The translations under genes were made by a program, and so were the position numbers. Shown in pieces: positions 13,445 to 26,110 of a DNA stretch of 64,000 bases. Below the pieces are notes generated by a model. That model saw only the letters and a list, made by a program, of their open reading frames with translations. It was not told where the DNA came from and did no database searches. This DNA is from Octopus sinensis (taxonomy: Eukaryota), in NCBI RefSeq assembly GCF_006345805.1, contig NC_043002.1:19778001-19842000 (forward strand), given 5' to 3'. Position 1 is the stretch's first letter. Each line of letters starts with the position of its first letter.

Positions 13445-13620
13445 AGAAAGTTGGGGGTGAAAGAGTACAACAGGGGTCGCCACCACCTCCTGCCAGAGCC
13501 TCGTGGAGCTTTTAGGTGTTTTCGCTCAATAAACACACCCAATGCCCGGTCTGGGAATCGAAACCACGATCCTCCGACCGCGAGTCCACTGCCCTAACCA
13601 CTGGGCCATTGTGCCTCCAC
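13445..13620 (-). mobile_element. Family D tRNA-SINE, 3'-truncated
   Basis: Minus-strand head ggaggcacaatggcccagtggttagggcagtggactcgcggtcgg..ggtttcgattccc. A longer copy is at 47720-48006. Confidence 0.85.
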
Positions 13621-14778
13621 TTAATAAGATATGAAGTTGGAATTATAGACTAGACCAGAAACGATATAAAGAAACTTGATTGATAAACTAGAAAGTTGTT
13701 GACAATGTATGGAGCCCACCATCCAAAAGCTGATATTAACTGGCTGTACTTGAGAAGTGACCAGAATGGAAGAGGCTTAATAGCAGAAGAAGAATGTGTA
13801 CAGATGGCAAGTAAAAGCTTAGTAGAGCATTTACAGAGTGGCACAGAAAAACTACTAAAAACAGTGAATAAAGAACAGGTGATGAAATGCATAAGAAAAA
13901 AGGACAAGAATGAAATACAAAGAGAGCATGTCAGGCAGACTGAAGAAGAACCTCTACATGACCAATTTTCAAGAGCTGCTGAAGACATATGTGGAAAAAA
14001 ATCCTGGGCTTGGTTAAAAAAGGGGTAATTAAAAAAAGGAACAGAGAGCCCAATTGTAGCAGCCCAAGATTAAGTGATAAAAACAAACCTGAGAAAAGTT
14101 ATATATGGAGAAAATGTGTCAGAAAAATGTAGAACCTGTGGAACATGGAATGAGGCAGTGGCACACATTGTAGCAGAATGCCCCCAAATTGGCACAGAAA
14201 GAATATAAGAAATGGAGGCACAACCAGGTTGGAAACTGTGCTAGAAATGAAGGTTTGAAGCTGGAAACACATGGTACAATCATCAAGTCAAAAGAGTACT
14301 GGAGTCGGAGAAATGTAAGATTTTGTGGGACTTTCCTATTCAAATGGACAAGAAATTAGAAAATAATAGACCAGACATAACAATTATAGATAAAGAAAAG
14401 CGAAGTTGCTTACTGATCAACCCATCATCCCTGTTTAATTCCAGGATCATAAAGAAAGAGGAAGAAAAACAATAAAAATACAATACCTTAAAATTTGAAA
14501 TAAGAAGAATTTGGAGCATGAGAACAGTAAAGGTTGTGCCTATAATAATTGGTGCATTGGGAACAGTGAGGAAAGATATAGATAAATGGCTGAAGGAGAT
14601 TGGAATAGACTAGAGCTCCTACAAAAAGTTTATCTCTTAGGGACAGCAAGGATTATCAGGAGGGCTCTAAGCACTTGAAATATAGCTGAAAACTTGTAGA
14701 TACCTATGGTTACTGATAGTAACCTGCTATCCACATAATTTATACCACGAATAAGGCTGAACCAAAATAATAATAATC
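13621..14778 (+). mobile_element. R4/Dong-clade LINE 3' part (copy 1), degenerate
   Basis: KLLTMYGAHHPKAD..LY....GRGL, WLKKG, CCHC finger C..C....E.V.HIVAECP, RLE motif LWDFPIQ.D..L.NNRPDI, and VVPIIIGALG. Ends in (TAA)n at about 14766-14777. Confidence 0.9.
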
Positions 14779-15487
14779 ATCTTGCATGGGTCAAACAGTA
14801 TTGAAAAGGGTTTTCTCTGACCAGATGCTCTTTGTGTTACCAATCCTGTCCTGTAATATTTCTCCATGGCCAGACATGTTTTCATGAGAGATTGTATATG
14901 AAGTACACTGCTTGCTTGCTGATAATGCTTGTTTACAGCTACCATACAATGTGAAAGCAAGGAAGCAATAGCACACAACACACACAGATGCACACATGAT
15001 GGGCTTCTTTCAGTTTCCATTTACCAAAACCACTCATAAGGTATTGGTTGGCCCAAGGCAATAGCTGAAGGCACTTACCTAAGGTGCCATATGTAGGGAC
15101 TGAACTCAGAATCATGTGACTGGGAAGCAAACTTCTTACCACAGAGCTTTTAATCAGTTAATTAATGAACTGTTAAAAAGATTACACGAGCATGTTTAAA
15201 AACACTGACAGCAATATACTGCAGTGGTGGAGGGGATGTTAGTATATTAGTTTCCATTTACTTACATAGAGGTATCAATCAGTATAGAATATGCCCTTCC
15301 CCTTCCTCCTCCTCCTCATCATCATCATCACTGGTGGTGGGAGTGGCAGCATCATTCTTACATCCACTTTAAATGAGCTGGCATGGGTTGGATGAGATAT
15401 TTTTAGGCAGTATTTCATAGCCAGACATCCTTTCTTGACCAACCATTTTAGCTGAACCTTACATTGGAAAACCCCCATATCATACAT

Positions 15488-15526
<39 letters not shown>

Positions 15527-16229
15527 AGCCTTTTTGTGTTGGCATCATATGATAGTTGTAAACAAGTGTCCTCATCTTATTTCTTTACTGCCCACAAGGG
15601 GCTACACACAGAGGAGACAAACAAGGACAGACAGACAAACGGATTAAGTCGATTATATATCGACCCAGTGCGTAACTGGTACTTCTTATAAGCAGTGTCC
15701 TTTGTTCCCAGCTTTCCATGAAACTTACTTCAGTCCTAAGGAAATATTACCTTGTTTGGAAACAAGTGAGAGTTGGTGACAGGAAGAACATCCAACTGTA
15801 GAAAATCTGCCTCAACAAATTCTATCTGACCCATGCAAGCATGGCAAAATGGACACTAAAATGATGATGATGATGGTGGTAGTGATGATATTAGTTGATT
15901 GTATATATTTATGTGTAACATAATACAATTTGATAAGCAACACAAGTTGAAAAACCGCTGTCTGCTAGCCTCCAAGAAAATACACATAATGTTATATAAG
16001 TTTCACAATAACACCAATAACAACAGCCATCCATCTATCTACCCAACCAGCCATACTGCTTTTCCTGTCCCTCCTTCTCTTACAGCTCCTCTTTGTCTCC
16101 TCTCCATCATCCTCAGATAAACAGTTGCCACAAATGCATTCAGCATCACTGCATTTTTTCATTATTATTATTGATTCTGACTGCACCAGGCATCCATCAG
16201 ACGAGGCAGCAAAACAAAAAAAAAGACAC

Positions 16230-16263
<34 letters not shown>

Positions 16264-17282
16264 CATAATAATAATAATAATAATGATAATAATAAACAAA
16301 AAGGAAATGTTTAGTGTGTGTGTATGTATGTATGCATGTATACATGCATAGTGGGAGTGGAATACCACATGTGGATGAAGGAAAAGTTATAGATTTCATC
16401 AGATGATAAGAGAAAAAAATAGTAATTGAACATGTTGTTGTTGTGAAGACAGAGGTTGGCCCTTATTAAGCAAGACATATGACCAAATGATTCCAGTCAT
16501 GTTTTTAATCATGGACACAATTGTGACTGTATGGTTAAAAAAACTTGCACCTCATCTATGTGGTTCAGGGTTTGCTTCCACTGTGTGGCGTCTCTGGTAT
16601 CTTCTACCGTAACCTAGAGTCCACAGGTAGTAGCTTGCTAGACTTGGTTGATGGAAACTGCATGCTCGTGTGTGTGTATATCATCATCATCATCATCATA
16701 ATTCAACATCCATTTTCCATGCTGGCATGGGTTGGATGGTTTGACCATTTTACAGAGTGCGCTGGCGGCTTTTGTACATGACACCAACACAAGTGCCTCT
16801 TATGTGGCATTGGCACAAGTGTTTTGGATGTGGCACCAGCACAAGGGCTATTTACATGGTGCCAGCACAAGTGTTTTCTATGTGGCACCGGCACAAGTGC
16901 TTTTTATGTGGAACTGGCACAGGCCATAAAGGACTTGCCTGTATGCATGGATAGCCACTTTTACTTAGCTTGACATCTTTTCTCAAGCACAAGACCCTTT
17001 TGAATAAACAGCACATGGAATTTATGTCTCCACAATAGCCACTTGTAATAACAAAATATGAACTTCTCTCGGAATCTACATATCATGGACAAGAAGCATT
17101 TCTAACCATTCCACACAGCACTTTCCTTGGATAATGGAACTGCAATTGTAACATCCTACATATATTTTTTCTTTTACTTTTATTCTCTTATTTCCCTTTA
17201 TACTTCCTATATCCTTCCTTTTCCAAAATAACTCCTTATATTCAACTCTACACTATTTCCCTCTAGTTAACTCTCTCATATT

Positions 17283-17330
17283 GTCTCTGATGAAAGGATA
17301 TCCCTAATATCCCAGAAACAGTTGTAAGAC
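17283..17330 (+). ncRNA. Minimal type I hammerhead ribozyme motif (Penelope-type)
   Basis: Stem I gtct/agac, core CTGATGA (17287-17293), stem II ggatat/atatcc, GAAAC (17315-17319), near-palindromic stem III acagttgt, cleavage triplet GTA ending at 17326. Confidence 0.7.
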
Positions 17331-17543
17331 TACCCTTCTCTTTATAAAAGTCCTATAAATTCCACACAGCCTTGGCTTTGTTGTCTCATTTTATTTAACA
17401 TATACATGCTCACATAAAACCTACATTAGACTCCTCACTTGTATCATTATCGAACTGAGAGTCTAACTACCGTCTTCCCGTAGCATTTACATAGCCTTAT
17501 CTGCCATCTTGGGTCTTCTGGATACCATTACCTCATACACATG

Positions 17544-17576
<33 letters not shown>

Positions 17577-17788
17577 TCATCCAGGGTTAAGAGTGACAAG
17601 AAGTTTCTGTACAGTTCATGCAAATTAAAACACACTGATATATTCTTCTATTCTTTTATTTGTTTCAGTCATTTGACTGCAGCCATGCTGGAGCACCACC
17701 TTAATATACATACATACATATATAAGTCAATTTTAGAATTAAAGATGGTTGTGCTAATAAATGCTTGTGTGTGTGTGTGTGTGTGCAT

Positions 17789-18289
17789 GTGTGTGTGTGT
17801 CTTTGTGTCTGTGTTTGTCATCATTCTTTCCCCAGTGCTTGATAGTTGGTGTTGGTTTGTTTACATCCCCTTAACTTAACTGTTTGGCAAAAGAGACGAA
17901 CAGAATATGTACCAGACTTAAGAAAATGTAAGTCCTGGGGTCAATTTCTTTGACTAAAATCTTTCAAATTGGTGCCCCAGCATGGTCGCAGTCCACTGCC
18001 TGAAATAAGTAAATGGTGAAAGATAAAAGATATATGTGAAGCATCAAAAGAGCCTCTACATAGTCACTCGACCTGCTAGAAATAACAGCTAAATTTCCCT
18101 TAAAACAGATATCAAAGACTACTTTGGATAATGTAGTGTAAGATATATATTCATTTAGTTTCATTTTATATCATGTATGTTGTGAACAATAGTATTGTTG
18201 GCTATGGTTAGACCTCAAACATTTAAGCATGATGGACAAGGAGTACTCTGTGTAATAACTGATTGTTCAGAAAATTGATCTGATCTTAA
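17789..18289 (+). repeat. Left arm of a ~500-bp inverted duplication (partner 20951-21450)
   Basis: ORFs 17964..18164(-) and 21076..21276(+) translate almost identically. A 119-bp sample showed 4 mismatches. Confidence 0.95.
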
Positions 18290-18477
18290 ACAAAGGAACC
18301 CATACTATACACAATTACACAGAAAAGTATATTTACAGAGTTTTTTTTTTTCATGTCATTCAATCAATAAAATGTGTTGTACTCTTACAATCTTTGGTGC
18401 CTTTTAACCATGATCCAGATGCTATAAAATCCCACTTATCTATTCATTTGTTAATAGTATTTGTTTTCTCTTCAAAG

Positions 18478-18540
18478 ATATGATGATAGTAACAAACTAG
18501 ATTACTTGAAACAGATACATAATTGGAACAGATTCATAGA
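18478..18540 (+). CDS. Candidate exon (YDDSNKLDYLKQIHNWNRFI), gene unknown
   Basis: Acceptor ttgttttctcttcaaAG, donor GTgaat, 63 nt, phase 2-2, one open frame. An in-phase acceptor follows at 18752. No homology recognised. Confidence 0.2.
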
Positions 18541-19176
18541 GTGAATGAAGACTCTGCAGATTTTGCCATGCTTTTAAATCCTTCAGCATGTCTGATTTTA
18601 TTTGTTATAATTATTTTAACACTGTTTAAAGTGACCGACTGAGATCAAACTAGTGAACTGATCAATATGTGGTACTCTGCAAACAAAAGATGTAAGTGTT
18701 GCACCAGTCTCAGTAAAATCCCTTTGATGTAATGTTTTTATATTTTCTTCAGCAATTCAAGTTCACTTTTAGCCATTGTAAATACTAGAATAAATGATAA
18801 CTTCAGTACTATTCTCAAGTTGAGGTTACAGAAGCAGGGCTAATTAAATATCTATGGGACCTTGGAATCAAATAATTTGAAATTTAGATAATTGATATTT
18901 GGATAACCAAGGTTTGATTTTATAGGTCACCACTGGGTCAGTCACACACACACACGCACGCACACACACACATACACACACATATATATAATAAAAGAAG
19001 GAAAATGCACACAGCTTACATAGTTTTAATATATCTTTTTAATGTATTCTGTAAACAAAAGAGTATTGTGTTAGTTGACCGGTTTCGCTTTCACTTATCA
19101 TGACATTAAAATTATTGTAATTTCATATTTTCTTAAGAAGATTTTAGTCCATGTTTTTGTATGGAAGTTTGTGAAA

Positions 19177-19239
<63 letters not shown>

Positions 19240-19301
19240 TATATATATATACACACACACATGCATACACACACACATACACACACACATATATATATAT
19301 A

Positions 19302-19690
19302 CATCATCATCATCGTTTAACATCCGCTTTCCATGCTAGCATGGGTTGCACGATTTTGACTGAGGGCGGGCGAACCAGATGGCTTCACCAGGCTCCAATC
19401 TTGATTTAGCAGAGTTTCTACAGCTGGATGCCCTTCCTAACGCCAACCACTCCGAGAGTGTAGTGGGTGCTTTTTATGTGCCACCGGCACGGGGGCCAGT
19501 CAGGCGGTACTGGCAACAACCTTGTTCGAATCTTTTTACACATGCCACCAGCACAGGTGCCAGTAAGGCGACGTTGGTAATGATCATGCTCGAATGGCGC
19601 CCTTTTACGTGCCACTGGCACAGAAGCCAGTTGGCTGCTCTGGCAACGATCACGCTCAGATGGTGCTCTTGGCACCCTACTAGCACGGGC
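19302..19690 (-). mobile_element. Family C RTE-tail element with internal ~60-65-bp tandem repeats
   Basis: (CAT)n end, RTE-type core, then repeated gtgcttttacgtgccaccggcac...ggcaacgaccacgctcgaatg-like units. Confidence 0.8.
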
Positions 19691-20447
19691 ATACATATAT
19701 ATATCAAATTTAGAATTAAAGAATTAAGGTTTAGAATGTAGGTGTTAAATGTAGTATCCCAACCTTGTTTCAGGGTAAGTCCCAGATGCTTGCAGAGCAC
19801 GTTCACTGCTTAAGGCTATCATCAGTGATACTGTACATTTGTCGTTGGATCTACATTCAGAATTCTGAGGTGCACATAGGGTATATTTTAAAAGAGCCTC
19901 ATCAGGTGATGAAAGATGCTTCACAAGTTCACAGATTTACTTTACCAAATGTATCCAAACTGCTAGAATCACACCATCAGCATATAACTTGAAGTGAAAA
20001 TGAAATGTATCCTTATACATACATACATAAATGCATACATATATACACTCACACATACATGCATACATACATACACAAATAAATACATACATAAATAAAT
20101 ACATACATACATATATGTAAATCTGGGAACTTGTGAAGCATCTTACATCATCCGATGAGGCTCTTTTGCAATGTGCATTGCATCTGGTGCTATTACATCA
20201 TTCCATGCCCGCTAGGGAGCAGTGCAGAATGAAGCTGAACTGATTGTTGTGCTAATAAATGCTTCTAGTTATACTCTGTATTCTGTATTAATCTTTTAGA
20301 CTATATGTGTACATACACACGCACACACACACACACACAGAAAGGCATTACCAATGAAAAATGCATAAATGTATGTAGGAAATGAATTCAGGAGTTAGAT
20401 AGGAGAAACCCCACCAGGAAGTGGACTGCATGCATATGTGTGTGTGT

Positions 20448-20508
<61 letters not shown>

Positions 20509-20950
20509 ATGTATGTATGTATAAGGATAAGTACATCAAGAGTTCATATGGAAAGAAGCAAGATAGAAAACAAGTAAAAAATACGTCCTGAAAGTAGAGA
20601 TAAATTGCATGTGACAGAATCCAAGGCAATGAGAGAAAGGAGAAAAAGAGAAATAAAGAAGGAAAAGAGGAAAAGAGAAACAGAAACACATTTATGAGGG
20701 TCATTAAAGATTTTGCAACATAAGGGCACACAGACACACACACACATATGCACACATACATGTGTGTGTGTGTATTGTTTGTTTTTTTAGCAAAACATAA
20801 AAATGAAGAAGAAGCACACTCTAAGAAGTAGAGCAGTCTATATTTATTACTGGTGAAGGCCTGTTTATGGGGTTGCCCTGGGTTTCTTGCCATAAAGATA
20901 GTCTTTATGGCGTATCATCAGATCCTAAGACTTGTTGGCCTTTGGCCTCT

Positions 20951-21450
20951 TTAAGATCAGATCAATTTTCTGAACAATCAGTTATTACACAAAATACTCC
21001 TTGTCCATCATGCTTCGATGTTTGAGGTCTAACCATAGCCAACAATACTATTGTTCACAACATACATGATATAAAATGAAACTAAATAAATATATATCTT
21101 ACACTACATTATCCAAAGTAGTCTTTGATAACTGTTTTAAGGGAAATTTAGTTGTTATTTCTAGCAGGTTGAGTGACTATATAAAGGCTCTTTTGATGCT
21201 CCACATATATCTCTCATCTTTCACCATTTACTTGTTTCAGGCAGTGTACTTCGACCATGCTGGGGTACCAATTTGAAAGATTTTAGTCAAAGAAATTGAC
21301 CCCCAGGACTTACATTTACTTAAGTCTGGTACTTATTCTGTTCCTCTCTTTTGCCAAACAGTTAAGGGGATGTAAACAAACCGACACCAACTATGAAGCA
21401 CTGGGGAAAGAATGATGACAAACACAGACACAAAGACACACACACACACA
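20951..21450 (-). repeat. Right arm of the ~500-bp inverted duplication
   Basis: Reverse complement of 17789-18289, including non-SINE flanking sequence. Confidence 0.95.
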
Positions 21451-21730
21451 GATAGACACAAATATATATATGCTAAGGTCAGGTAGGGTGTGAAGTTGGG
21501 GTATTTCCAGAGAAGCACTTGACACGAATACTGGGCTATCAACACAGTTGGGATCCAAGCCAAAGCCAGAATACTTCAGGTGTAGAAAATTCAAGTTTCA
21601 CATCAATTGTACTATCATATGGTTTGTCAAAGAAGAAGACAAGGAAAATTCTTTAATTATAAGTTACAAATGTTTGCATACCATCTCCATTTGCAACACC
21701 AGTTTACACAAAAATTCTAAAGAAAAAGTC

Positions 21731-22130
21731 ACATCATCATCATCATCGTTTTACGTCCGCTTTCCATGCTGGCATGGGTTGGATGGTTTGACTGAGGACT
21801 GGTGAGCCATAAGCTGCACCAGGCTCAATCTGATCTGACAAAGTTTCTACAGCTGGATGCCCTTCCTAATGCCAACCACTTTGAGAGTGTAGTGGGTGCT
21901 TTTACATGCCATCAACACAAGGGCCAGCCAGGCAGTACTGCTAGCGACCACGCTAAAAAGGCGTTTTTACGTGCTACCTGCACGGGAGTCAGTCTGGCAG
22001 CACTGGTAACGACCATGCTCGAATGTTGTTTTTCATGTTCCACCAGCATATGTGCCAGTAAAGTAACGCTAGCACTGATCATACTCGAATGGTGCTTTTC
22101 ATGTGTCACCGGCACAGGAGCCAATCCATG
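21731..22130 (-). mobile_element. Family C RTE-tail element with internal tandem repeats
   Basis: Same architecture as 19302-19690. Confidence 0.8.
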
Positions 22131-23561
22131 GCCCTGGCAATATTTGCAGTTTTAGACTTTGGAGAGGCACTTCATCAGACTTGTATCAAAGGTGTGCTAT
22201 TACATTGTGTCTGATGCTCTACTATTTAGTCCATCAACTGCAATTAATGATAATTACAGGCACAAAGCGACCTGCATATTATCCAAGAGGGTACAGTTTC
22301 TTATATCAACTCCTGTATGTGACAGGTATTTCATTTTATTGACCTTATGAGATGGAACAAACAACACACATGCATATTATCATAATTAAACCCATAATAA
22401 TAATCTGGTCAGTATGAACTAATCCAGCTTAAAGGAACAACGTAATCCAGATATAACAACAACATTTGCGATACAAGAACAAGCAATTGCCACTAGATAT
22501 ATTGAAAGAAATATCTTCAATTCAAATAACAATGTTACCCATGTGCTTTATTTTCTAAGACAATAAACCACATTGTATTAAGCTATTTAACACAAATTTC
22601 CAAGAATCTCTGCTTGGAGACACAAAAATGTAACAAAACTACCCTGTGTACTTCTAATCATTTATTCCTACAAGAAGCCATGTGCAACGTATGAAATTTT
22701 TCCACATCTTACAAACTGACAATGCTAAAATACCATGGAGCCTTTTCAGACAAACAGAACACCAGATGGTGTTCTATCATTATAGTTCAACATAATAAAC
22801 AAGACATCATTTTCTATGACAAAAATGACAATAGAATATTAATTACTACCATAGCAATATTAAATAATTATAATGTTGAGTGGCAGTGAGCTGAAAAGCT
22901 AATGAATTTTATCAATCTAGCCGCTAAATTAAATAACATTATTGTAGCTAAGGAATGTGTCAATCCTTCTTTTTGTAATTAGTACAACTAGAATAATACA
23001 CAACCACTTTTGTGAAGATGTTAACATCATGGATAAGGACACATAAAGGCATATTCTACAAAATAGCAATCTCAGAAATGGTAAATATTGTTGGGTGTTT
23101 TCACACAGTGTTTGTTAACATTGAATATTTTATCCCTATTTTCCAAGATGCACCTAATTCTGTATGAAGAACAGAAATCCATGCTATATTTCTTAACCCA
23201 TGAATAAGGACAGGAGCAGTTAGCAATATGAAGACTTGGTCTGTTAGAGATAGTTTGTTGATTAAAATACTGGGCAAAATAGGTCACATACTAACCACTT
23301 ACATAGTAAGTCAAGCAGAGCTGGGAGAGATCATGACAGCAACTGGTGTAGTAGCATTATCATAAATTAACACCACAAGAGCAAAGATGAATTAGAGAGG
23401 GTTACAACAGAGGCATCAAATTGATGGATCTGATTATAAAGCTGTGGAAAGAGAGTACAACTGACTAGGGGCAGAATAATCTTAGATGAGCTGCAGTTCA
23501 GCTCTATACCAGGGAGAGGTACTAACGATCCCAATTTCCCAGTGAGACAACTACTTAACTA

Positions 23562-24879
23562 TCAGGTTATCCTATAAGTTCTGTCTGATTTTATCTTTTT
23601 TAAAATTGAATGAAATTGAATAGTATTTTAGAATGTCTCATGGAATTAAAAATTATTTTTATGAATTTGCGTACATTTAAACTAATTAAATATTATTTTA
23701 CAGAATAATAGAATTAAAATTTCTTTGATTAAAACCCTTTCTAACATGGAAGTATCCAAAGAGTATTTCTGGCACATAATGCTTTATGAGTAAAAAAACG
23801 GTAACTCTGCAGCTGAAGCGACTCAAAACATACACTCAGTTTATGGGAAAGAATGCATGAATGAAAGAACTTGCAGAAGATGGTTTGCAAAATTAAGAAG
23901 TGGAAATTTCAGCCTTGAAGAGGAAGATCGAATAGGACGTCCAGTTGAGTTTGATGATAGGCTCCTTGAGGCATTACTTGAAGAAAATCCTGCATTATCA
24001 GTTGAAGAATTGGCAGTAAAGCTTAGTTCAAACCATACAACTGTTCACTGTCATCTTCAACAACTTGGAAAGGTTCCTAAACTTGGAAAATGGATGCCTC
24101 ATGAATTGTCCAAAAGCAACCACAAATCCCGAGTTGACATCTGCTCTTCTCTCCATTCTCATGAACTTTTTGGATAGACTTGTGACTGGTGATGAAAAAT
24201 GGATCTTTTATCGAAATGTTAAATGTCATAAACAGTGGCTTAGTAACAGGGAAAAAGCTCAACCACAACCAAGAAGAGAACTTCATGGAAAAAAGGTTCT
24301 TCTCTCTATCTGGTGGGATTGCAAAGGAGTAATTCATTTTGAATTGGTACCACCTAATGCAACAATCAATACTCAAGTCTACTGTCAGCAATTAGAGAAT
24401 TCAAACCAAACTTTGAAGAAAAAAAGACCCGCCTTAGTGAATCGAAAAGGAGTGATGTCTCATCAAGACAATGCGTGACCCCACACTGCAAAGATCACAT
24501 CACAGAAGATTGAAGAGATTGGTTGGGAAAAAATTCCTCATCCACCTTATTCTCCCGACCTTGCTCCTTCAAACTACCATTTGTTTCGTAGTTTACAGAA
24601 TCATTTGGGGGACATAACTTTCGCGAGCCAGGAGGAGGTTGAAACTGACATTTCAGACTTCTTCACTTTGAAACCAAAAGAGTTTTACATTGATGGGATT
24701 AAAAAGCTTGTAAATAGATGGAAGGAAATCATAGATAATCAGGGAAAGTACATTGATGATTAAATTTCAATTAAATATAACATTTGATCATTTGTTTTCA
24801 TCATCATCATTGTTTAACGTCCGTTTTTCATGCTGGCATGGGTTGGACGGTTTCGGACAGAACTTATGGGATGACCTGA
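23562..24879 (+). mobile_element. Full-length mariner (DD34D) transposon, inactive
   Basis: TIRs tcaggttatcctataagttctgtc and reverse-complement tcaggtcatcccataagttctgtc. TA TSDs at 23560-61 and 24880-81. Length 1318 bp. Confidence 0.95.
23746..24763 (+). pseudogene. Mariner transposase pseudogene
   Basis: WMPHEL, LVTGDEKW, HQDNA*PH and HPPYSPDLAPSNYHLF. The third catalytic D reads N. There is a frameshift near 24170 and stop codons. Confidence 0.95.
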
Positions 24880-26110
24880 TAGGAATAAGCCCCTGTACCT
24901 AACATTTGTCAACCTGAAGAAGTCCTTCAATAGTTTGGTTGTCACTAAGGAAACTTGATGTAGATGAATAGCCTGTGAGAGCCATACAAGCCATGTACAG
25001 AGGCGCAGGCAGCAAAGTGAGAGTCAGCAAGGAGTTAAGCCATAAATTTACTATGCAGCTAGGAATCTATCCAGATTCAATTCTCAGCCCATTCTTATAT
25101 ATTATAATTCTCCCGTCATAAAAGAGAAGTTTAAGATTGGGTAATTGGCTAATCATGGGAACTCCTGTATACTGATGACCTAATTTAATGGTGAATGTGT
25201 AGAAGATTTAAAGAAGAAATATCAAATATGGAAGCTAGGCCTAGAACAAACTCCTGCAAATGTTCAGAAGGTTTATGTGAAGTGTTTGACAGCTTTTGGT
25301 AACCTAGGTGACCTAATTAGCAGTGAAGACGGGTGTATTAAAAGCATAGTAACCAGAGTAAGAAAAGGCTGGAATAAGTTCAGGGACTTCTTTGTTGGTA
25401 ACAAAGGGTTTCTCTCTTAGAAAGAAAAAAAAAGAAGGAAAGATTATAAGAGATGTGTATACAAAGAGTGATGCAGAATGGTGGTGAGACATACATGTGT
25501 TTGACTACATTTGATTGTGTAGCTACATCTATGTGCATTTGCATACAAATGCAAGTGTGCGCACACACATGCAGGATGTGTGTGTGTGTATGTATGAGTG
25601 TGAATGAACAAATTCAGAGAGCTGTAGACACAGAATCAAAAGCACTCACACATAATCATAATGTAACTTCAAAAAATTTGTCTGTCAGCTCATTTCCTGA
25701 TCAAACCACTGTATAATAGGCCATAAGCTCACATAGCATGCTAAGCGCAGATAATAATACAAAATGGCACATACACGCACACATTTACACATATAGATAC
25801 ACACACACACACACATTTACATACACTTTACATGATGAAACAGCAACCCATCTACTGACATCAGTGTTATTAATTCACATTTCTGCTTCCTGCTATAAAC
25901 GTATGTATGTATATGCATGTATGTGTATGCATGTATATAAGCACGTGTGTATGTGTGAGAGAATGAGAGAAACGCACAGTCAAATAGACAGATACATAGA
26001 TATGATGACAGAGAGAGAAAGCAAGAAAGAGAGAAAGAGTGAGTGTGTGTCTTATGTTTATACCAAAAATATTATCAGATATATATATGAACAACTCCAG
26101 AGATGCTATA

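Larger units (their letters stand above)
23330..25480 (+). mobile_element. Degenerate RTE reverse-transcriptase fragment interrupted by the mariner
   Basis: Left of the mariner: RGIKLMDLI..DELQF..PGRGT.D..F.VRQL. Right of it: NKPLYLTFVNLKKSF, ELLYTDDL, LGDLISS..G...SI..RVRKGWNKFR. Confidence 0.8.

Noticed and set aside
13560-13620. tRNA gene-like sequences (also SINE heads at 41233, 47940 and 4372)
   Set aside because: These are tRNA-derived SINE heads that run into SINE bodies and lack a proper acceptor stem.
16765-16925. Regularly spaced repeats resembling a CRISPR array (also 49548-49830)
   Set aside because: The units are contiguous, divergent tandem repeats without unique spacers, inside a eukaryotic retroelement, and no cas genes are present.
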